Assembly: GCF_001194135.2 (NCBI RefSeq) | Contig: NC_069001.1 | Location: forward strand, 20,936,275-20,975,862 | Source of the DNA: Octopus bimaculoides | Taxonomy: Eukaryota | Direction: 5' to 3' | Length of the DNA stretch: 39,588 nucleotides | Part shown: positions 34,725 through 39,588 of the stretch, one piece after another | How the letters are laid out: each line of letters begins with the position of its first letter | How positions within the stretch are numbered: the stretch's first letter is position 1 | The notes under the pieces: generated by a model | Told to the model about the DNA's origin: nothing | The model's input: the letters and a program-made list of their open reading frames with translations, nothing else | The model's database searches: none | Made by a program: the position numbers and the translations under genes

Positions 34725-35389
34725 AGGATAAGCAATAACTTATCTATGCACTAACTTAACTTGATGTTTTTTAACATCATTGATTGGATGAGAAACAGCG
34801 TTTTCAACAATGTCAATAAACCTTCACATCCTGGCAAGAAACACAACTTCTCATGCAATGCTATACAACATTTGTTAACTTCAGTCTAATCAGCTATGTC
34901 ATGATGTAGATTGAACGACAATGCTTTTCCAGTTGGTGAGGTACCAAGTTGAAATATACCAAACCAGATACAAGTTGAAAATGCATCAATTCTTTATTAT
35001 CTTCCTGATTAGTTGTGATTTTTGTGAGAGCCACCAGTCTGTGTATTTATATGCACAGGTGAGAGGATGTCAGCACCTGAATTATCAGTTCATTTGCTAT
35101 AACGAATGTCATTTCATTACAAAGATAAATAATCTAAGTATTGAATTTTCCAAGGAAAGTATTTGTTTGGAATAAAACAGAAAAGTTTGATCCCAAAAGA
35201 CATCACAAGTATTTCATTCAAAGCCAGAGAAGCTGCTAAACAACTGTTGTCCAAATGTACAGCGCACCCACTCTCTGCAGGATGCAACTGTTTAGAAAAT
35301 AATGATAGAAGTTGCCAATTACCACTGCAGCATTGCTGGCAAGACTACTCTGATACTCAAATTTGAAGTTTCTGCAAACATTACAAGCG

Positions 35390-35484
35390 CATGTGTATCT
35401 GCATGGTGAGACATTTGCTTCCCAACTACATGGTCCTGGGTTTAGTCCCATTGTGTGGCACCTTGGGTAAGTGTCTTCTACTAT
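35390..35484 (+). mobile_element. SINE family A head, followed by (TA)n 35505-35560
   Basis: tttgcttcccaactacatggtcctgggtttagtcccattgtgtggcaccttgggtaagtgtcttctactat. Confidence 0.75.
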
Positions 35485-35500
35485 GTTATCAATATCAAAC

Positions 35501-35562
<62 letters not shown>

Positions 35563-35649
35563 GAGAATTTATGAAAAAACAACAGCCGAAGACAAGTGGT
35601 GTAAACAACAAATAGATGTATTAGTTTAACGCTTGGGAATAGAGAAAGT

Positions 35650-35684
35650 CTTTGACGTTTTGAGCTACGCTCTTCAACTGAAAG
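35650..35684 (-). ncRNA. Degenerate minimal hammerhead remnant
   Basis: Reverse complement: cttt CAGTTGA a gagc-gta-gctc AAAA CG TC aaag. All helices and the ACGT palindrome fit, but there are three core substitutions. Confidence 0.35.
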
Positions 35685-35764
35685 GAACACAGACAGAAAT
35701 AAGGAGAGAGACAAGGAGAAAAAAATATATAAATGTAGTGGTCAGCGATCTATCATGGCGAATG

Positions 35765-35796
<32 letters not shown>

Positions 35797-36024
35797 TTAC
35801 ATACAAAGTATGGAGGTTTAGTTCACAAGTGATCTAAATGATTAGGTACACTAGGTAAGTGCTGTAACGGGTTACTAGGGCTTCAAAGTTGTAGCCAAGA
35901 TGGTAGTTGTGGGGCCATTGCATATTTCCGTTATAGTGAATATATAATTGTTTAAGAGGACAACAAACGTTAAGGCAAGGCAAACATCTCAAGTCATATA
36001 CGTTATCATTGGAAAAAATTCAAA

Positions 36025-36063
36025 GACTTACGGCTGTTTCTGGGATATTCTGTCATCAGAGAC
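36025..36063 (-). ncRNA. Hammerhead with intact core and eroded helix II (PLE pLTR-like)
   Basis: Reverse complement: gtct CTGATGA cagaatatccca GAAA C-agcc-G TA^ agtc. The two helix II closing mismatches are consistent with CpG decay of cgg...ccg. Confidence 0.6.
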
Positions 36064-36169
36064 AAATAGGGAAAATGAGAAGGGTATAGATTAATGAAAT
36101 GATAGCATAGAGAACAGGTGTAAAGGAATAAGGAGATGAAGAGAGAGAAGAAAAAAGGAACATAAAAGT

Positions 36170-37060
36170 TCACAGTTCAACTTTACCCCACATCAAAGGA
36201 GATTTATATAGAGATGATGCATTGTTAATTACAACTGGCCTAACAAAATCTGCATTAGAAAAAAAACTAGAAAATGCTAACATAAATTCTTCACCAACTT
36301 CAGCCTATCTATCTCTTTTGAAAACTCCTACAGGACAGCAAAATTTCCAGATGTTACTTTAAATTTAAACTCTTCACTATACTTTCCATATCATAAACCC
36401 GGTCAATATCTTAAATACATCAACACAGAATCTAGCCACCATAAAATCTACTTTCGAGAACATAATCAAAGGCATATCCATCAGAACATCCGATCTATCC
36501 GCCACTGAGGAAATCGTCAATAACTACGCCAACTACTATAACCAAGCTCTAGCTGTTAGTGGTTTCTCCCAGAAGATTAGATTTATACCCAACACTAGAC
36601 TTAAGGAACACCTCTCAAAACTTAGCTCTGGACAAATGCGCACAAATATTGGAAATCCAACCCATCCTACTATGATCAGTCAATCTCGCCCACCTAGCAC
36701 CCGCACACATAACACTAGATCTACGAGCACTAATATTAGCATTAGACCTCCCAACTCTCTAACACTCACTAGGAATTACACCTCCCTTAACTTGCCTAAT
36801 AAAAGCGGCAGGAGATCTATTCTCTGGTATACACCTCCATTCGCTTTAAATGTTAAGGGCCTTACTAAAGCATTCTTTAGAATAGTAGAGTCCAATTTCC
36901 CATGTAACAACAAGTACCATTCTATCTTTAACAGATCCACTTTGAAATTATCCTATTCACCTGCACCAAATATAGAATCTATTATCACCTCATCTAACAA
37001 ACAAACTTAGCTCCTACTACTTAAATACATACAACCCTACCATAGACCTACACAACAGAA
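36170..37060 (+). mobile_element. Decayed 5'-truncated PLE RT/linker fragment (same type as 2.7-3.1 kb and 4.2-4.6 kb)
   Basis: DLYRDDAL, FPDVTLNL, FPYHKP..LKYINTES.H, RRSILWYTPPFALNVK...FPCNNKYHSIFNRSTLKLSYS..PNI. Confidence 0.85.
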
Positions 37061-37299
37061 ATACTAACACCAATCACAATAACATATCTAATGCCCCTGG
37101 TCTAGACACAGTGGGAGTGAGAGTGCCATAGTGTTTATTAACATAATAGTGCTTAAAATTATGTTAATCGTACTAATTAAAAGTTTGTCATAGTAACTGA
37201 CCAATTATATCGAAAACTGGATTTTGGTCAATCTCATTACGAGCAATAAGTGGTTGGTCTTTACAACATATCAGTAAGTAAATAATTGTAATTAATTGA

Positions 37300-37610
37300 T
37301 GGGCATTTTATTACAACGATGAGGTTCCTGTTTATCTAATCAATGGAACAGTCTGCTTGTAAAATTAATGTGCAAGTGGTAGAGTACTCCACAGACATGC
37401 ATACCATTAACGTAGTTCTCAGGGAGATTAGCCTCACATGAAATGTAACAAGGCTGGCCCCTTTAAGTTACAACTACAACTCATTTTTGCCAGCTGAGTG
37501 GACTGCAGCAAGGTGCCTTGCTCAAGAACACAGTGTGCCACCGGGAATCATACTCATGACCTTATGATCATGGGCTGAATACCCCTAACCACTGAACCAT
37601 GCACCTTCAC
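37300..37610 (-). mobile_element. tRNA-derived SINE family D
   Basis: Reverse complement head gtgaaggtgcatggttcagtggttagg...catgagtatgattcccgg, then tgtgttcttgagcaaggcac...gtccactcagctggcaaaaatgagt. Confidence 0.75.
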
Positions 37611-38112
37611 TCTCTTAACCCTAGAGAAAAGGACTGAAGTGATAGAGACAGGGAAAAAGGAAAGCCTCAGCCATTTAAAATGGTAATTAGACTGAAATAC
37701 GATCGATCTTTTCTACCTTCTTTACTTTTAACAATGAAAGTGATTTAGTAATGAAGAGAGGGAAAGTCATTCAGGTGTTTAGGTTTTCCTTCTGGAAGTT
37801 CTAGAAGGATTGAGTGTTAGTTCCCTATTCTTTCCCCCACCCCTGATATTTATTCTCCTTGTTTGATAGTTCTTCGTGTCTTAGTTGATGCGGAAGATCA
37901 TGTCTTTTTTCAGGGACGTTTAATGTTTTCTCTACAAACTACAAACAAACCCCCGCTCCCTTTGGTATTTTTCATACTAAAATTAATGCAAATTTTGAAC
38001 AGCATGTAGCTGTGAAAAGAGCCCAGAAAAATGGGAAAACCCCCTACAAAATGGGTGGGGGAGAAAAGTTGCCAACAGGTAGCTACATGAAATTCAACTC
38101 TGTACTTTATAG

Positions 38113-38534
38113 AGTGTCTTCTACTATAGCCTCGGGCTGACCAAAGCCTTGTGAGCAGATTTGTTGATGAAAACTGAAAAAAAGCCCATCGTATATATAT
38201 ATATATATATNNNNNNNNNNNNNNNNNNNNNNNNNNNNNNNNNNNNNNNNNNNNNNNNNNNNNNNNNNNNNNNNNNNNNNNNNNTTTGTGTGTGTGTGTG
38301 TGTGTGTGTGTGCATTTATGTGTTTGTGTCTGTGTTTGTCCCCCCACCACCATCACTTGACAACCAATGTTTGTGTTTGCACCCCTGTAACTTAACAGTT
38401 CAGCAGAAGAGACTGATAGCATAAGCACCAAGCTTACAGGGAATAAGTCCTGGGATTGATTTCTTCGACTAAAGAGTGGTGCTCCAGCATGGCCACTGTC
38501 AAATGACTGAAACAAGTAAAAGAATAAAAGAATA
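38113..38534 (+). mobile_element. SINE family A, 5'-truncated, central microsatellite spanning a gap
   Basis: agtgtcttctactatagcctcgggctgaccaaagcc...(TA)n N (TG)n...gtgctccagcatggccactgtcaaatgactgaaacaagtaaaagaataaaagaata. Confidence 0.85.
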
Positions 38535-38698
38535 CCAGAAGACCATTCCGTACCACTAAACCGAGAAGATTCTATGAATATGTGCGATGTATTTTAAGGT
38601 TAAATAGTAATTCTGTTTACGTTTGTGTAACAGATATTTTGGTTGAATTATATATTTATCGGTTTTACACTTCTTTCTATATTCTGGAAGTGTCACAA

Positions 38699-39387
38699 TA
38701 TAGAAACATGTCTCATAGCACCAGCACACAATTTACAGATGCTTTACATCTTTTGTTTTCCATGAAGTTGTCACAGGTCCAGCTAGTTTTTATTATTATT
38801 TATTGTCTTTGCACAGCTTCTAATGCTGGAGATGTACTATGGTGCCAGATGTTCACTACCAGTGAACTAAGGTAACACCCGTTATTTTTTTACCACCATC
38901 TGGAGTAGTCAAGCCGTTCCAAGCAGTGCTGTTTTCTGAAAGTGCTCCACCCTTATTGCAGCCCCAATTTGTTTCATGTACTTCCCAAGATTTCTGCTCA
39001 CAGTTTCCAGGTCTCCAACAATTATTGGTACTACTACCACCTTTTCCATCGACCACAACTGCTTAACCTCCCAAGCTAACCTATCATATCTATTGACTTT
39101 TCTTTCTTCCTTATCGCATACCTTGTTGTCAGCTGGGCATGCTTTCTTTCTCAACGCTATGTCTGGTTTCCTATTCTCTATCTCATGGTCACACTGAATC
39201 ATAAAATTCCATAGGATCTTTGCATTATCATTTTCAATGATGCCTTTGAGTTTATGTTCATACCTCTTTTTTGCTCTGTCAAGTCCATTCTTGTTGCAAG
39301 TATAGAAACACCTCTCATGGTACCAGCACACAATGTACAGATGCTTACATTTTTTGTTTTCTGTGAGGTTTTTATGGATCCAGCTAG
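38699..39387 (+). repeat. ~88-bp direct repeat (38699-38786 / 39301-39387) flanking the Dong-like LINE
   Basis: Hand alignment gives about 73/88 identity; both copies end in ccagctag followed by T. Confidence 0.85.
38787..39300 (-). mobile_element. 5'-truncated R4/Dong-like RLE LINE with (AAT)n tail
   Basis: YEHK..GIIENDNAKILWNFMIQCDHEIENRKPDI...ACPAD..V..KE..K..RY..LAWEVKQLW..VVVVPIIVG.L..V...QKTALLGTA; 3' UTR ends in aataaataataataa. Confidence 0.88.
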
Positions 39388-39482
39388 TTATTATTGTTAA
39401 ACCCTTTGCAACCTTCATCCTGTCTTTGTCCTTACATGTTTTTAATTTATATTAGCCCTTGTGGCCAATAAAACCAGAATTA

Positions 39483-39533
<51 letters not shown>
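39483..39533. repeat. (ATT)n microsatellite
   Basis: Direct reading. Confidence 0.95.
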
Positions 39534-39588
39534 GTTCAGTAGTTTTATTTTTATAACGTGCTTTAACTTCACTACCGAGCGCAGCTCT

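Noticed and set aside
35163-35366. Possible exon on either strand (AREAAKQLLSKC.. / LHPAESGCAVHLD..)
   Set aside because: A good minus-strand acceptor exists, but there is no good donor and no recognisable protein.
37885-37925. Minus-strand CTGAA...gaaga/tcttc-like stem
   Set aside because: No GAAA or UH site.

Overview
AT-rich eukaryotic scaffold with seven N-gaps and dense microsatellites. It is most likely octopus: the SINE families match abundant Octopus repeats as I recall them, not from a database search. No intact host gene could be identified. The window is almost entirely transposon debris: two mariners, one Tc1, three hAT (Buster/Charlie-like) transposase relics, two hAT MITEs, a CR1, two R4/Dong-like and one HERO-like non-LTR fragment, several Penelope-like element (PLE) fragments, and at least five SINE families. 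The main result is eight type-I hammerhead ribozyme (HHR) motifs from about six unrelated sequence families. Four keep all catalytic-core nucleotides with usable helices (9.85, 17.1, 21.3 and 26.8 kb). Three of the eight lie in a tRNA-headed SINE that carries a minimal PLE-type hammerhead. Both insertions of that SINE show a 5' inversion, which suggests a SINE mobilised by Penelope-like elements. Other notable items are an 88-bp direct repeat exactly flanking a Dong-like LINE and a perfect 128-bp inverted copy of decayed mariner DNA.
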